This document shows, piece after piece, positions 34,849-50,725 of a stretch of 64,000 bases of DNA (the first letter of the stretch is position 1; every line of letters starts with the position of its first letter). The notes under the pieces were generated by a model that was given only the letters and a program-made list of their open reading frames with translations, was not told the DNA's origin and did no database searches. Location: NCBI RefSeq assembly GCF_016026235.1, contig NZ_CP065613.1; one strand, written 5' to 3'. A program made the translations under genes and the position numbers. This stretch comes from Escherichia coli (lineage in GTDB: Bacteria > Pseudomonadota > Gammaproteobacteria > Enterobacterales > Enterobacteriaceae).

Positions 34849-37461
34849 ATGACTCAACAGCCACAAGCCAAATACCGTCACGATTATCGTGCGCCGGATT
34901 ACCAGATTACTGATATTGACTTGACCTTTGACCTCGACGCGCAAAAGACGGTCGTTACCGCGGTCAGCCAGGCTGTCCGTCATGGTGCATCAGATGCTCC
35001 GCTTCGTCTCAACGGCGAAGACCTCAAACTTGTTTCCGTTCATATTAATGATGAACCGTGGACCGCCTGGAAAGAAGAAGAGGGCGCACTGGTCATCAGT
35101 AATTTGCCGGAGCATTTTACGCTTAAGATTGTTAATGAAATAAGCCCGGCGGCGAATACTGCGCTGGAAGGACTTTATCAGTCAGGCGATGCGCTTTGCA
35201 CCCAGTGTGAAGCCGAAGGTTTCCGCCATATTACGTATTATCTCGACCGCCCGGACGTGCTGGCGCGTTTTACCACCAAAATTATTGCCGATAAAACCAA
35301 ATATCCCTTCCTGCTTTCCAACGGTAACCGCGTTGCGCAAGGCGAACTGGAAAACGGACGTCATTGGGTGCAGTGGCAGGACCCGTTCCCGAAACCGTGC
35401 TACCTGTTTGCGCTGGTGGCAGGCGACTTTGATGTACTGCGCGATACCTTTACCACGCGTTCTGGTCGCGAAGTAGCACTGGAGCTGTACGTCGATCGCG
35501 GCAACCTTGATCGCGCGCCGTGGGCGATGACCTCGCTGAAAAACTCCATGAAATGGGATGAAGAACGCTTTGGCCTGGAGTATGACCTCGACATCTATAT
35601 GATCGTCGCGGTGGATTTCTTCAATATGGGCGCAATGGAGAATAAGGGGCTGAATATCTTTAACTCCAAATATGTGCTGGCCCGCACCGACACCGCCACC
35701 GACAAAGATTACCTCGATATTGAACGCGTTATCGGCCATGAATATTTCCATAACTGGACCGGTAACCGAGTGACCTGCCGCGACTGGTTCCAGCTCAGCC
35801 TGAAAGAAGGTTTAACCGTCTTCCGCGATCAGGAATTCAGCTCTGACCTTGGTTCCCGCGCGGTAAACCGTATCAATAATGTGCGCACCATGCGCGGATT
35901 GCAGTTTGCGGAAGACGCCAGCCCGATGGCGCACCCGATCCGCCCGGATATGGTCATTGAGATGAACAACTTCTACACCCTGACCGTTTACGAGAAGGGC
36001 GCGGAGGTGATTCGCATGATTCACACCCTGCTTGGCGAAGAAAATTTCCAGAAAGGGATGCAGCTCTATTTCGAGCGTCATGATGGTAGCGCAGCGACCT
36101 GTGACGATTTTGTGCAGGCGATGGAAGATGCGTCGAATGTCGATCTCTCCCATTTCCGCCGTTGGTACAGCCAGTCCGGCACGCCGGTTGTGACCGTCAA
36201 AGACGACTACAATCCGGAAACTGAGCAGTACACCCTGACCATCAGCCAGCGCACGCCAGCCACGCCGGATCAGGCAGAAAAACAGCCGCTGCATATTCCG
36301 TTTGCCATCGAATTGTATGATAACGAAGGCAAAGTGATCCCGTTGCAGAAAGGCGGTCATCCGGTGAATTCCGTGCTGAACGTCACCCAGGCGGAACAGA
36401 CCTTTGTTTTTGATAATGTCTACTTCCAGCCGGTGCCTGCGCTGCTGTGCGAATTCTCTGCGCCAGTGAAACTGGAATATAAGTGGAGCGATCAGCAACT
36501 GACCTTCCTGATGCGTCATGCGCGTAATGATTTCTCCCGTTGGGATGCGGCGCAAAGTTTGCTGGCAACCTACATCAAGCTGAACGTCGCCCGTCATCAG
36601 CAAGGGCAGCCGCTGTCTCTGCCGGTACATGTGGCTGACGCTTTCCGCGCGGTGCTGCTCGATGAGAAGATTGATCCGGCGCTGGCGGCAGAAATCCTGA
36701 CGCTGCCTTCTGTCAATGAAATGGCTGAACTGTTCGATATCATCGACCCGATTGCTATTGCCGAAGTACGCGAAGCACTCACTCGTACTCTGGCGACTGA
36801 ACTGGCGGATGAGCTGCTGGCTATTTACAACGCGAATTACCAGAGCGAGTACCGTATTGAGCATGAAGATATTGCAAAACGCACTCTGCGTAATGCCTGC
36901 CTGCGCTTCCTTGCTTTTGGTGAAACGCATCTGGCTGACGTGCTGGTGAGCAAGCAATACCATGAAGCAAACAATATGACCGATGCGCTGGCAGCGCTTT
37001 CTGCGGCGGTTGCTGCACAGCTGCCTTGCCGTGACGCGCTGATGCAGGAGTACGACGACAAGTGGCATCAGGATGGTCTGGTGATGGATAAATGGTTTAT
37101 CCTGCAAGCCACCAGCCCGGCGGCGAATGTGCTGGAGACGGTGCGCGGCCTGTTGCAGCATCGCTCATTTACCATGAGCAACCCGAACCGTATTCGTTCG
37201 TTGATTGGTGCGTTTGCGGGCAGCAACCCGGCAGCGTTCCATGCCGAAGATGGGAGCGGTTACCAGTTCCTGGTGGAAATGCTTACCGACCTCAACAGCC
37301 GTAACCCGCAGGTGGCTTCGCGCCTGATTGAGCCGCTGATTCGCCTGAAACGTTATGATGCCAAACGTCAGGAGAAAATGCGCGCGGCGCTGGAACAGTT
37401 GAAAGGGCTGGAAAATCTCTCTGGCGATCTGTACGAGAAGATCACCAAAGCACTGGCTTAA
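34849..37461 (+). CDS. pepN: aminopeptidase N
   Basis: 870-aa ORF; HEXXH zinc motif (VIGHEYFHNWTGNRVT) and GAMEN motif. Confidence 0.96.
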   Translation: MTQQPQAKYRHDYRAPDYQITDIDLTFDLDAQKTVVTAVSQAVRHGASDAPLRLNGEDLKLVSVHINDEPWTAWKEEEGALVISNLPEHFTLKIVNEISPAANTALEGLYQSGDALCTQCEAEGFRHITYYLDRPDVLARFTTKIIADKTKYPFLLSNGNRVAQGELENGRHWVQWQDPFPKPCYLFALVAGDFDVLRDTFTTRSGREVALELYVDRGNLDRAPWAMTSLKNSMKWDEERFGLEYDLDIYMIVAVDFFNMGAMENKGLNIFNSKYVLARTDTATDKDYLDIERVIGHEYFHNWTGNRVTCRDWFQLSLKEGLTVFRDQEFSSDLGSRAVNRINNVRTMRGLQFAEDASPMAHPIRPDMVIEMNNFYTLTVYEKGAEVIRMIHTLLGEENFQKGMQLYFERHDGSAATCDDFVQAMEDASNVDLSHFRRWYSQSGTPVVTVKDDYNPETEQYTLTISQRTPATPDQAEKQPLHIPFAIELYDNEGKVIPLQKGGHPVNSVLNVTQAEQTFVFDNVYFQPVPALLCEFSAPVKLEYKWSDQQLTFLMRHARNDFSRWDAAQSLLATYIKLNVARHQQGQPLSLPVHVADAFRAVLLDEKIDPALAAEILTLPSVNEMAELFDIIDPIAIAEVREALTRTLATELADELLAIYNANYQSEYRIEHEDIAKRTLRNACLRFLAFGETHLADVLVSKQYHEANNMTDALAALSAAVAAQLPCRDALMQEYDDKWHQDGLVMDKWFILQATSPAANVLETVRGLLQHRSFTMSNPNRIRSLIGAFAGSNPAAFHAEDGSGYQFLVEMLTDLNSRNPQVASRLIEPLIRLKRYDAKRQEKMRAALEQLKGLENLSGDLYEKITKALA

Positions 37462-37468
37462 TAAATAA

Positions 37469-37498
37469 CCGAATGGCGGCAATAGCGCCGCCATTCGG
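37469..37498. terminator. stem-loop between convergent pepN and ssuB
   Basis: gaatggcggc-aatagc-gccgccattc inverted repeat (37471-37496). Confidence 0.6.
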
Positions 37499-37503
37499 GG
37501 ATT

Positions 37504-38271
37504 TTACCCCTGTTTTCGCAGGCGAGTTTCAGATTCACCACGCTGCATCACCCGTTGCAACACTTCCGCTTCCAGCTCCGCTAATCGCACCGACCCTAAC
37601 CGGCGCGGACGGGGGATATCCACCGTCAAATCCAGACCAATTTTTCCCTCTTCAATTAACAACACCCGGTCAGCCATTGCTACCGCTTCGCTCACATCAT
37701 GCGTCACCAACAGTACGGTAAAGCCGTGCTCCTGCCAAAGTGACACAATCAAATCCTGCATCTCGAGTCGCGTTAAGGCGTCCAGCGCCCCGAGCGGTTC
37801 ATCAAGCAACAATAAACCCGGTCGATGAATCAACGCTCTTGCCAGCGCCACTCGCTGTTTCTGCCCGCCTGAAAGTGCGGCAGGCCATTCCCCTGCGCGA
37901 TTCTCCAGTCCTACCGCAGCCAACGCCCGACGCGCGGCATTGCGCCACTGACCTTTAAGGCCTAACCCAACGTTATCAATCACCGATTTCCACGGTAGCA
38001 GACGCGCATCCTGAAACATCATTCGCGTGTCTTCCTGAATCTCAGCCAGCGGTGTGGTGCCCGCTAACACATCGCCTGCGGTTGGCGTTTCCAGACCTGC
38101 CAGCAGGCGCAGCAGGGTACTTTTGCCACCACCGCTACGGCCCACCACCGCCACAAACTGACCTGCCGGAATATGTAAATCCAGTTGGTTCAGTACGATA
38201 TTTTCCGCGTAATGTTTGCTTACTGCATTGAGCAACAATGGCGTGCCCTGGTTCAGACGAGCAGTATTCAT
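37504..38271 (-). CDS. ssuB: aliphatic sulfonate ABC transporter ATP-binding protein
   Basis: 255-aa ORF, Walker [10 protein letters not shown], signature LSGGQKQR. Confidence 0.92.
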   Translation of the reverse strand: MNTARLNQGTPLLLNAVSKHYAENIVLNQLDLHIPAGQFVAVVGRSGGGKSTLLRLLAGLETPTAGDVLAGTTPLAEIQEDTRMMFQDARLLPWKSVIDNVGLGLKGQWRNAARRALAAVGLENRAGEWPAALSGGQKQRVALARALIHRPGLLLLDEPLGALDALTRLEMQDLIVSLWQEHGFTVLLVTHDVSEAVAMADRVLLIEEGKIGLDLTVDIPRPRRLGSVRLAELEAEVLQRVMQRGESETRLRKQG

Positions 38272-39062
38272 ACCGTGGCCTCCTTCAAATGATAAGCCGG
38301 GTTCCAGCGCAACCAGAGGCGCTCTAACAGCTGCGCGCTGACGTCAGCCAGTTTGCCGAGCAGGGCGTAAAGAATAATGGCGACCACCACCACGTCCGTT
38401 TGCAAAAACTCCCGCGCATTCATCGCCAGATAACCAATGCCTGAATTGGCAGAAATGGTTTCGGCAACAATCAGCGTCAGCCACATCAGGCCCAACGCAA
38501 AACGCACGCCGACCATAATTGAGGGCAGGGCACCAGGCAGGATCACATGGATAAACAGCGGTATGCCGGATAATCCATAGCTGCGCGCCATCTCCACCAA
38601 CCCGCGATCGATATTACGGATGCCATGCCAGGTGTTGATATAAATGGGGAATAGCGTACCGAGCGCCACCAGAAAGATTTTTGCGGATTCATCAATGCCA
38701 AACCACAAAATCACCAGCGGGATCAGCGCCAGATGCGGCACGTTGCGCAACATCTGAATTGAGGTATCCAGCAGCCGTTCTCCCCAGCGAGATAGCCCGC
38801 TAATCAGTCCCAAAATCAACCCCAGCGATCCGCCAATTGAAAAGCCAATCAGCGCCCGCCAGGAGCTGATCGCCAGATGCTGCCACAGTTCGCCGCTGGC
38901 GGAGAGCGTCCAGAACGCCGTCACCACTCCTTCCGGTGAAGGCAAAATACGCGTCGACAGCCAGCCAACCGAGGAGGCCAGTTGCCACACCGCCACGATG
39001 CCCACCGGTAAAAACCAGGGGGCAACGCGCAATAACCACTTCTTCACTGGCGTTGCCATCAT
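38268..39062 (-). CDS. ssuC: aliphatic sulfonate ABC transporter permease
   Basis: 264-aa hydrophobic ORF overlapping ssuB start by 4 nt. Confidence 0.9.
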   Translation of the reverse strand: MMATPVKKWLLRVAPWFLPVGIVAVWQLASSVGWLSTRILPSPEGVVTAFWTLSASGELWQHLAISSWRALIGFSIGGSLGLILGLISGLSRWGERLLDTSIQMLRNVPHLALIPLVILWFGIDESAKIFLVALGTLFPIYINTWHGIRNIDRGLVEMARSYGLSGIPLFIHVILPGALPSIMVGVRFALGLMWLTLIVAETISANSGIGYLAMNAREFLQTDVVVVAIILYALLGKLADVSAQLLERLWLRWNPAYHLKEATV

Positions 39063-39070
39063 CGTGTTCC

Positions 39071-40216
39071 TTAGCTTTGCGCGACTTTACGGGGGATAAA
39101 ATCATTCGCCACCGCTTCGCCTTGCGGATTCAGCGGCTGCGGCTGGGGAATTTCCGGAATGGCGACATCCAGATGTGGGAACAGCAACTCGCCGACCCGA
39201 TACGCTTCTTCCAGATGCGGATAGCCCGAAAGCACAAAGCTGTCGATGCCAAGCGCTGCGTATTCGTTGATTCGCGCGGCGACCGTTGGGCCATCGCCCA
39301 CCAGCGCCGTCCCGGCACCGCCGCGCACTAAGCCAACGCCCGCCCATAAATTGGGGCTGATCTCCAGATTGTCGCGCTTGCCGTTATGCAACGCCGCCAT
39401 CCGCTGTTGCCCCACGGAATCCGTGCGGGCGAATGCAGCTTGTGCTCTGGCGATAGTCTCATCGTCAAGATGCGAGATTAACCGTTCAGCGGCCTGCCAC
39501 GCTTCGTCGTTGGTTTCGCGAACAATCACATGCAGACGAATGCCGAAACGAATTTTGCGTCCATGCGCGGCAGCTTTCGCCCGCACTTGTTCGATTTTCT
39601 CTTTAACCAGTTCTGGCGGTTCGCCCCAGGTGAGGTAGAGATCAACTTGTTCTGCCGCCAGCTCCTGGGCGACGTCTGACGATCCGCCAAAGTAAAGCGG
39701 AGGATACGGCTGTTGAATCGGCGGGAAGAGCAGTTTTGCTCCGCGCACATGAATATGTTTACCGTTGAAATCGACGGTTTCTCCCAGCAATAAACGCCGC
39801 CAGACCTGGGTAAATTCCGCCGAGGCTTCGTAGCGCTCGCTATGATCAAGGAACACGCCGTCGCCTGCCAGTTCTTGTGGATCGCTGCCTGTGACCAGGT
39901 TAAACAACGCACGTCCATTTGAGAGACGGTCAAGCGTGGCGGCCTGGCGGGCGGCAACGGTAGGTGAGGTTACGCTGGGACGCAGGGCGACAAGAAACTT
40001 CAGCCGCTGCGTCACCGGGATCATCGATGCGGCAACCAGCCACGCATCTTCGCAGGAGCGCCCCGTTGGGATCAGCACACCGGTATAGCCAAGACGATCC
40101 GCCGCTTGCGCAATTTGTTGCAGATAACCATGATCAACCGGGCGTGAACCTTCTTCCGTTCCCAGATAATGCCCGTCACCATGGGTCGGTAAAAACCAGA
40201 ACATATTCAGACTCAT
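39071..40216 (-). CDS. ssuD: FMNH2-dependent alkanesulfonate monooxygenase
   Basis: 381-aa [43 protein letters not shown]. Confidence 0.93.
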   Translation of the reverse strand: MSLNMFWFLPTHGDGHYLGTEEGSRPVDHGYLQQIAQAADRLGYTGVLIPTGRSCEDAWLVAASMIPVTQRLKFLVALRPSVTSPTVAARQAATLDRLSNGRALFNLVTGSDPQELAGDGVFLDHSERYEASAEFTQVWRRLLLGETVDFNGKHIHVRGAKLLFPPIQQPYPPLYFGGSSDVAQELAAEQVDLYLTWGEPPELVKEKIEQVRAKAAAHGRKIRFGIRLHVIVRETNDEAWQAAERLISHLDDETIARAQAAFARTDSVGQQRMAALHNGKRDNLEISPNLWAGVGLVRGGAGTALVGDGPTVAARINEYAALGIDSFVLSGYPHLEEAYRVGELLFPHLDVAIPEIPQPQPLNPQGEAVANDFIPRKVAQS

Positions 40217-41172
40217 AATTGTTTTCCTTCCAGTTGAGTGGGCTGCCAGATGCGTTGGCGAATATCGACTTTTTTCGGCACCAGACGGTTTTCATAAAAC
40301 AGATCTGCCGTTTGCTGCTGTAAGGCGGCAACCTCGGCGTTAACCGGTTTGATGGTGGTAGGAGGGCGATGATCTAAGTAAGAGGCAATCACCGGTGCCG
40401 GTAAGCCCATCGTTTTTGCCAGTAAAGCGATGCTTTGTTCGCGCTGGCTGCGGGTTAACGCATCGGCCTCACTAAAGGTTGCCAGTACACCCTGAATAAA
40501 AGCGCCGTTTTTTTCTGCATAGGGACGAGCTGCCAGATAAAACGATCCAGTTTGATTGAGATCGGTGCCGTCTTTCAGCACCCGCACGCCGCCCTGTAAT
40601 AACGCAGCGGAGTAGTAGGGATCCCAGATAGCCCAGGCGTCAATGTTACCTTGCTGGAACGCGGCGCGGGCATCGGCAGGCGTCAGGTAAGTGGGCTGGA
40701 TATCGGTGAATTTAAGTCCGGCCTGACGCAGTGCACGCAGTAAAAGGTTGTGTGAACTGGAACCTTTCTGAAAGGCAACTTTGTGACCTTTAAGATCGGC
40801 TACGGTTTTGATCGGGCTGTTTTCTGCCACCAGAATCACTTCGGCTTTGGGCTTTGGTGGCTCGACGCCCACATATACCAAATCAGCCCCGGCAGCCTGG
40901 GCAAAGATTGGCGGAATATCCCCGGTACTGCCGAGATCAATACTGCCAACGTTTAACGCCTCAAGCATTTGCGGGCCAGCGGGGAACTCCACCCACGAGA
41001 TTTTTGTTTGCGGATAGCGTTTTTCCAGCATTTGGTAATTTTTCGCCAGCACCGAACTGATGTTGCTTTTCTGATAGCCAATCCTTAACGCCTCTGGCGA
41101 AGACTCTGCAGCAACCGCGAGTGTAGAGACGCTAAGTAAACCCGCCAGCGCCAGTTTAATGATCTTACGCAT
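40213..41172 (-). CDS. ssuA: aliphatic sulfonate-binding periplasmic protein
   Basis: ORF 40213-41214; likely start [21 protein letters not shown] (signal peptide). Confidence 0.88.
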   Translation of the reverse strand: MRKIIKLALAGLLSVSTLAVAAESSPEALRIGYQKSNISSVLAKNYQMLEKRYPQTKISWVEFPAGPQMLEALNVGSIDLGSTGDIPPIFAQAAGADLVYVGVEPPKPKAEVILVAENSPIKTVADLKGHKVAFQKGSSSHNLLLRALRQAGLKFTDIQPTYLTPADARAAFQQGNIDAWAIWDPYYSAALLQGGVRVLKDGTDLNQTGSFYLAARPYAEKNGAFIQGVLATFSEADALTRSQREQSIALLAKTMGLPAPVIASYLDHRPPTTIKPVNAEVAALQQQTADLFYENRLVPKKVDIRQRIWQPTQLEGKQL

Positions 41173-41740
41173 GGGCATTACCTCGCAGAGAATGAAGATC
41201 AGGAACCTGAACATCGCGGCGGTGCAATGCCTGCCAGAAAGTTTCTAGCGCGGTATCAAGACGGGTTTGCAGATTTGGCGTGAACTGCGGCTTGTGGTGG
41301 TAATCAATTACTTGTGAGTCATCGGCAAACACGCCGTGCAGGATCTCCTGGGCTTTCAGCGCACTTAAAACTGGCTTAAGGGCATAATCGACCGCCAGCA
41401 GATGGGCCACCGTACCGCCCGTCGCCAGCGGTAGCACCACTTTGCCTTGCAACGCACGTTCTGGCAGCAGGTCGAGCAGGGTTTTCAGCGCACCGGAATA
41501 AGCGGCTTTATACACAGGCGTGGCGACAATCAGCCCGTCAGCCTGTTGCAACTGTTCGGTGAAGGTATTGAGTGCCGGACTATCGAAACGAGCATAAAGC
41601 AGATCTTCCGGGGCGAAGTTTTGCAGATTCCAGTGATAAACCTCTACATCCAGGCCATTTAGTTTTTCCCGCGCATATTCCAGCAAGGAGCTGGAGCGAG
41701 AAGGAAAGCGAGGACTACCCGCCAGGGTGATGACACGCAT
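41165..41740 (-). CDS. ssuE: NADPH-dependent FMN reductase
   Basis: 191-aa [30 protein letters not shown]. Confidence 0.92.
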   Translation of the reverse strand: MRVITLAGSPRFPSRSSSLLEYAREKLNGLDVEVYHWNLQNFAPEDLLYARFDSPALNTFTEQLQQADGLIVATPVYKAAYSGALKTLLDLLPERALQGKVVLPLATGGTVAHLLAVDYALKPVLSALKAQEILHGVFADDSQVIDYHHKPQFTPNLQTRLDTALETFWQALHRRDVQVPDLHSLRGNAHA

Positions 41741-42095
41741 ACTCTCTCCTTATAACCAATTGTTCTTGTTTTGTTAACATTGATAACAATTCGGTCAGTC
41801 TGTCGGAGAGACAAGAAAATGCCAAATATAAATTTTGTGTATCTTTTTCTGAAAATAAACTAAAGAAAGGGCTTTATATATCACGCATATTTATTTGTTG
41901 GATAGTCATTAGATGTTGAATCAATGAATTACTCGTTCAGTTAATATTTAAATATTCATGAAATCTATAAATTAAAGATTTGTCACTTATTGGATTTAGT
42001 ATGCTTGATTTAAATGGCGGACAATTGTTGTTATTATTAAGTCTAATGTCATTTAAAGGCATTATCATATTTACGAAGAGATCAGGATGATAACG

Positions 42096-42638
42096 ATGAA
42101 AAAAAGTGTATTGACGGCGTTTATAACTGTGGTATGTGCAACGTCCAGCGTTATGGCTGCTGATGATAATGCTATCACGGATGGCTCAGTAACATTTAAT
42201 GGTAAAGTTATTGCTCCAGCTTGTACCCTGGTAGCTGCGACGAAAGATTCAGTAGTCACATTGCCAAATGTCAGCGCCACCAAGTTGCAAACTAATGGAG
42301 CAGTCTCTGGCGTTAAAACTGATGTACCAATTGCCTTAGAAGGCTGTGATGTTACTGTAACTAAAAATGCGACGTTTACCTTTAGTGGTACGGCTGACGG
42401 CGTGCAACCTACAGCATTTGCCAACCAGGCTACCACCGATGCAGCGACGAATGTTGCTCTACAAATGTATCTGCCAGATGGTTCTACATCGGTAACTCCC
42501 GGTACCGAAACGTCGAATATTCAGTTAGCGGATTCTGCTGAGCAAACAGTGACCTTTAAAGTTGATTATATCGCTACGGGGAAAGCGACTTCTGGTAATG
42601 TGAATGCGGTAACAAATTTCCATATTAACTATTATTAA
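42096..42638 (+). CDS. elfA: fimbrial major subunit (chaperone-usher fimbriae)
   Basis: ORF 42087-42638; start MKKSVLTAFITVVCATSSVMA preceded by AGGA; fimbrial C-terminal pattern. Confidence 0.88.
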   Translation: MKKSVLTAFITVVCATSSVMAADDNAITDGSVTFNGKVIAPACTLVAATKDSVVTLPNVSATKLQTNGAVSGVKTDVPIALEGCDVTVTKNATFTFSGTADGVQPTAFANQATTDAATNVALQMYLPDGSTSVTPGTETSNIQLADSAEQTVTFKVDYIATGKATSGNVNAVTNFHINYY

Positions 42639-42720
42639 TAGAACTCATTAATTGTTTTATTAATTAGTACCCCTCTAGTGTTCTGGAGGGGATATTCATA
42701 TTTTTTAAGAGTGACTATTT

Positions 42721-43422
42721 ATGAAAACTTGCATAACAAAGGGAGTTGTGACCGTAAGTTTAACGGCAATATTACTCAGCTGTTCGTCCACATGGGCGGC
42801 AGGTAAAGGCGGGGTTGGACTTGCAGCAACACGTCTTGTTTATTCGGAAGGTGAAGAGCAAATTTCACTGGGTGTACGTAACACCAGTCCGGATGTTCCT
42901 TATCTGATTCAGTCATGGGTGATGACACCAGATAATAAAAAATCAGCGGACTTTATTATTACACCACCGTTATTTGTGCTGAATCCGGCAAATGAGAATC
43001 TGTTACGCATTATGTACATTGGTGCGCCGTTGGCGAAAGACAGAGAAACCCTTTTCTTCACTAGCGTACGGGCAGTCCCTTCAACAACGAAGCGGGAAGA
43101 GGGAAATACCCTGAAGATTGCCACACAAAGCGTCATCAAACTTTTCTGGCGACCAAAAGGTTTAGCGTATCCCTTAGGCGAGGCTCCGGCGAAACTGCGT
43201 TGCACTTCGTCAGCTGACATGGTTACGGTCAGTAACCCAACACCTTATTTCATTACCCTGACAGACCTGAAAATAGGTGGAAAAGTAGTTAAAAATCAAA
43301 TGATTTCCCCCTTTGATAAATACCAATTCTCTCTGCCAAAGGGGGCCAAAAATAGCAGCGTAACGTATCGAACCATCAATGACTACGGGGCGGAAACGCC
43401 GCAACTCAACTGTAAATCGTAA
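42721..43422 (+). CDS. elfD: periplasmic fimbrial chaperone
   Basis: 233-aa ORF with signal peptide; PapD-like. Confidence 0.88.
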   Translation: MKTCITKGVVTVSLTAILLSCSSTWAAGKGGVGLAATRLVYSEGEEQISLGVRNTSPDVPYLIQSWVMTPDNKKSADFIITPPLFVLNPANENLLRIMYIGAPLAKDRETLFFTSVRAVPSTTKREEGNTLKIATQSVIKLFWRPKGLAYPLGEAPAKLRCTSSADMVTVSNPTPYFITLTDLKIGGKVVKNQMISPFDKYQFSLPKGAKNSSVTYRTINDYGAETPQLNCKS

Positions 43423-43446
43423 GCCGTCTTCAGTTAAGAGAGCGAG

Positions 43447-47108
<3,662 letters not shown>

Positions 47109-47119
47109 CGCGTGAACGT

Positions 47120-47662
47120 ATGAAGAAAAAAACGATATATCAGTGCGTTATTTTGTTCTTTAGCCTTCTTAACATCCATATCGGGATGGCTGGGCCTGAA
47201 CAAGTGAGTATGCATATTTATGGTAATGTGGTCGATCAGGGCTGTGATGTCGCCACCAAAAGTGCATTACAAAATATTCATATTGGTGATTTTAATATCA
47301 GTGATTTTCAGGCCGCGAATACCGTAAGCACTGCTGCTGATTTGAATATCGATATCACCGGTTGTGCCGCTGGTATTACTGGCGCGGACGTCCTTTTTAG
47401 CGGCGAGGCTGACACCCTTGCGCCGACACTGCTCAAACTAACTGACACAGGCGGAAGCGGTGGTATGGCAACGGGGATTGCCGTGCAAATTCTTGATGCG
47501 CAAAGTCAGCAAGAAATCCCGCTCAATCAGGTCCAGCCTCTTACGCCCTTAAAAGCCGGGGATAACACACTCAAATATCAACTTCGTTATAAGTCCACAA
47601 AGGCGGGAGCAACGGGCGGTAATGCGACGGCGGTTCTCTATTTTGATCTGGTTTACCAGTGA
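47120..47662 (+). CDS. ycbU: fimbrial-like subunit
   Basis: 180-aa ORF with signal peptide, fimbrial subunit pattern. Confidence 0.85.
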   Translation: MKKKTIYQCVILFFSLLNIHIGMAGPEQVSMHIYGNVVDQGCDVATKSALQNIHIGDFNISDFQAANTVSTAADLNIDITGCAAGITGADVLFSGEADTLAPTLLKLTDTGGSGGMATGIAVQILDAQSQQEIPLNQVQPLTPLKAGDNTLKYQLRYKSTKAGATGGNATAVLYFDLVYQ

Positions 47663-47669
47663 AGGAGTG

Positions 47670-48185
47670 ATGTTGAAACGGATAATCTGGATTCTGTTCT
47701 TACTGGGATTAACGTGGGGCTGTGAGCTATTTGCCCATGATGGCACGGTCAACATTAGCGGATCGTTTCGCCGTAATACATGCGTGCTGGCACAGGATAG
47801 CAAGCAAATCAATGTGCAGTTAGGCGATGTCTCGATGACACGTTTTTCTCATGGGAATTATGGCCCGGAGAAATCTTTCATCATTAATTTGCAGGATTGC
47901 GGAACTGATGTCAGCACGGTTGACGTCACCTTTTCAGGAACCCCCGACGGAGTGCAGAGCGAAATGCTGTCCATTGAAAGTGGTACGGATGCAGCCAGTG
48001 GGCTGGCAATTGCGATTCTGGATGATGCGAAGATATTGATTCCGCTTAACCAGGCGAGTAAAGACTACAGCCTACATAGCGGTAAGGTGCTATTAACTTT
48101 TTATGCGCAATTGCGACCTGTCAATAGCGATGTGCAGTCGGGTAAAGTGAATGCCAGCGCGACATTTGTACTTCATTATGACTAA
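47670..48185 (+). CDS. ycbV: fimbrial-like subunit
   Basis: ORF 47622-48185; likely start MLKRIIWILFLLGLTWG. Confidence 0.8.
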   Translation: MLKRIIWILFLLGLTWGCELFAHDGTVNISGSFRRNTCVLAQDSKQINVQLGDVSMTRFSHGNYGPEKSFIINLQDCGTDVSTVDVTFSGTPDGVQSEMLSIESGTDAASGLAIAILDDAKILIPLNQASKDYSLHSGKVLLTFYAQLRPVNSDVQSGKVNASATFVLHYD

Positions 48186-48888
48186 TACGTGGAACAGATT
48201 AGCGCTCTTGATTTTCGCCGTTTTATCGCTGCTGGTGGCGGGTGAATTGCAGGCAGGAGTGGTGGTCGGCGGAACGCGATTTATCTTTCCGGCAGACAGA
48301 GAATCGATATCTATTTTACTGACTAATACCAGTCAGGAATCCTGGCTTATTAACAGCAAAATCAATCGCCCAACGCGTTGGGCCGGGGGGGAAGCGTCGA
48401 CAGTGCCAGCACTATTACTGGCCGCTCCGCCACTTATTCTCCTGAAGCCCGGTACTACAGGCACGTTGCGCTTGCTGAGAACGGAAAGCGACATCTTGCC
48501 TGTGGATCGCGAAACGCTATTTGAGTTAAGCATTGCCAGCGTGCCATCCGGCAAAGTTGAAAATCAGAGCGTAAAAGTGGCGATGCGCTCGGTATTTAAA
48601 CTGTTCTGGCGACCCGAAGGTTTGCCGGGCGACCCGCTGGAAGCTTATCAACAATTACGCTGGACACGGAATTCGCAGGGTGTACAACTCACTAACCCAA
48701 CGCCTTACTACATTAACCTGATTCAGGTGAGCGTAAATGGTAAAGCGTTAAGTAATGCGGGAGTTGTGCCGCCTAAAAGCCAGCGTCAGACAAGCTGGTG
48801 TCAGGCAAAAGCACCGTGTCATGTTGCCTGGCGGGCGATAAATGATTACGGCGGGTTGAGTGCAAAGAAGGAGCAAAATCTGCCCTGA
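48178..48888 (+). CDS. ycbF: periplasmic fimbrial chaperone-like protein
   Basis: ORF 48151-48888; start uncertain (48151 or 48178 MTNTWNRLALLIFAV...). Confidence 0.75.
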   Translation: MTNTWNRLALLIFAVLSLLVAGELQAGVVVGGTRFIFPADRESISILLTNTSQESWLINSKINRPTRWAGGEASTVPALLLAAPPLILLKPGTTGTLRLLRTESDILPVDRETLFELSIASVPSGKVENQSVKVAMRSVFKLFWRPEGLPGDPLEAYQQLRWTRNSQGVQLTNPTPYYINLIQVSVNGKALSNAGVVPPKSQRQTSWCQAKAPCHVAWRAINDYGGLSAKKEQNLP

Positions 48889-48998
48889 TACAGGTTCGGA
48901 AAACGTTTGCGTTTTTTTTGCCGCAGGTCAATTCCCTTTTGGTCCGAACTCGCACATAATACGCCCCCGGTTTGCACACCGGGAATCCAGGAGAGTTC

Positions 48999-50009
48999 AT
49001 GTACTACCCCTTCGTTCGTAAAGCCCTTTTCCAGCTCGATCCAGAGCGCGCTCATGAGTTTACTTTTCAGCAATTACGCCGCATTACCGGAACACCGTTT
49101 GAAGCACTGGTGCGGCAGAAAGTGCCTGCGAAACCTGTTAACTGCATGGGCCTGACGTTTAAAAATCCGCTTGGTCTGGCAGCCGGTCTTGACAAAGACG
49201 GGGAGTGCATTGATGCGTTAGGCGCGATGGGATTTGGATCGATCGAGATCGGTACCGTCACGCCACGTCCACAGCCAGGTAATGACAAGCCGCGTCTCTT
49301 TCGTCTGGTAGATGCCGAAGGTTTGATCAACCGTATGGGCTTTAATAATCTTGGCGTTGATAACCTCGTAGAGAACGTAAAAAAAGCCCATTATGACGGC
49401 GTCCTGGGTATTAACATCGGCAAAAATAAAGATACGCCAGTAGAGCAGGGCAAAGATGACTATCTGATTTGTATGGAAAAAATCTATGCCTATGCGGGAT
49501 ATATCGCCATCAATATTTCATCGCCGAATACCCCAGGATTACGCACGCTGCAATATGGTGAAGCGCTGGATGATCTCTTAACCGCGATTAAAAATAAGCA
49601 AAATGATTTGCAAGCGATGCACCATAAATATGTGCCGATCGCAGTGAAGATCGCGCCGGATCTTTCTGAAGAAGAATTGATCCAGGTTGCCGATAGTTTA
49701 GTTCGCCATAATATTGATGGCGTTATTGCAACCAATACCACACTCGATCGTTCTCTGGTTCAGGGAATGAAAAATTGCGATCAAACCGGTGGCTTAAGTG
49801 GTCGTCCGCTTCAGTTAAAAAGCACCGAAATTATTCGCCGCTTGTCACTGGAATTAAACGGTCGCTTACCGATCATCGGTGTTGGCGGCATCGACTCGGT
49901 TATCGCTGCGCGTGAAAAGATTGCTGCGGGTGCCTCACTGGTGCAAATTTATTCTGGTTTTATTTTTAAAGGTCCGCCGCTGATTAAAGAAATCGTTACC
50001 CATATCTAA
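48999..50009 (+). CDS. pyrD: dihydroorotate dehydrogenase (quinone)
   Basis: ORF 48972-50009; start [28 protein letters not shown]. Confidence 0.95.
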
Positions 50010-50182
50010 TTATTTCTTCGAATTCCTCTTTATAAGATAATCAGGGCTTTATTTTCAGCCCTGGTTGTTTTATATTCATCGCTGTTGCTTATTTAGACAT
50101 TTTGTACTTTTATTGTTGAGGTTATTAAGCGAAGCGACAATGGATTGTGTTGCTGCGGTTTTATAGGGTAGGGGAGAGGCAG

Positions 50183-50725
50183 ATGCGAATTAAACCAGAC
50201 GATAACTGGCGTTGGTATTACGATGAAGAGCACGATCGAATGATGCTCGATTTAGCCAATGGTATGCTATTTCGCTCACGTTTTGCGCGCAAAATGTTGA
50301 CTCCAGATGCCTTTTCTCCCGCAGGCTTTTGCGTTGACGACGCCGCGCTCTATTTCTCTTTTGAAGAAAAGTGCCGCGATTTTAATTTATCTAAAGAACA
50401 AAAAGCCGAACTGGTGCTGAATGCACTGGTAGCAATTCGCTATCTCAAACCGCAAATGCCGAAAAGCTGGCATTTTGTTTCCCATGGTGAAATGTGGGTG
50501 CCCATGCCGGGGGATGCGGCCTGCGTTTGGTTGAGCGACACTCACGAGCAAGTCAATTTGCTGGTCGTTGAATCCGGCGAGAATGCCGCGCTATGTCTGC
50601 TAGCCCAACCCTGCGTTGTTATTGCGGGTCGCGCGATGCAGTTGGGCGACGCCATTAAAATCATGAACGACAGGCTGAAACCGCAGGTTAATGTTGACAG
50701 CTTCAGCCTCGAACAGGCAGTCTAA
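50183..50725 (+). CDS. zapC: cell division protein ZapC
   Basis: ORF 50147-50725; likely start [24 protein letters not shown]. Confidence 0.88.
   Translation: MRIKPDDNWRWYYDEEHDRMMLDLANGMLFRSRFARKMLTPDAFSPAGFCVDDAALYFSFEEKCRDFNLSKEQKAELVLNALVAIRYLKPQMPKSWHFVSHGEMWVPMPGDAACVWLSDTHEQVNLLVVESGENAALCLLAQPCVVIAGRAMQLGDAIKIMNDRLKPQVNVDSFSLEQAV

Noticed and set aside
35812-37161. 449-aa ORF on the minus strand
   Set aside because: Entirely antisense to and contained within pepN; no recognisable protein family, no obvious RBS; long antisense ORFs are common opposite highly expressed genes.
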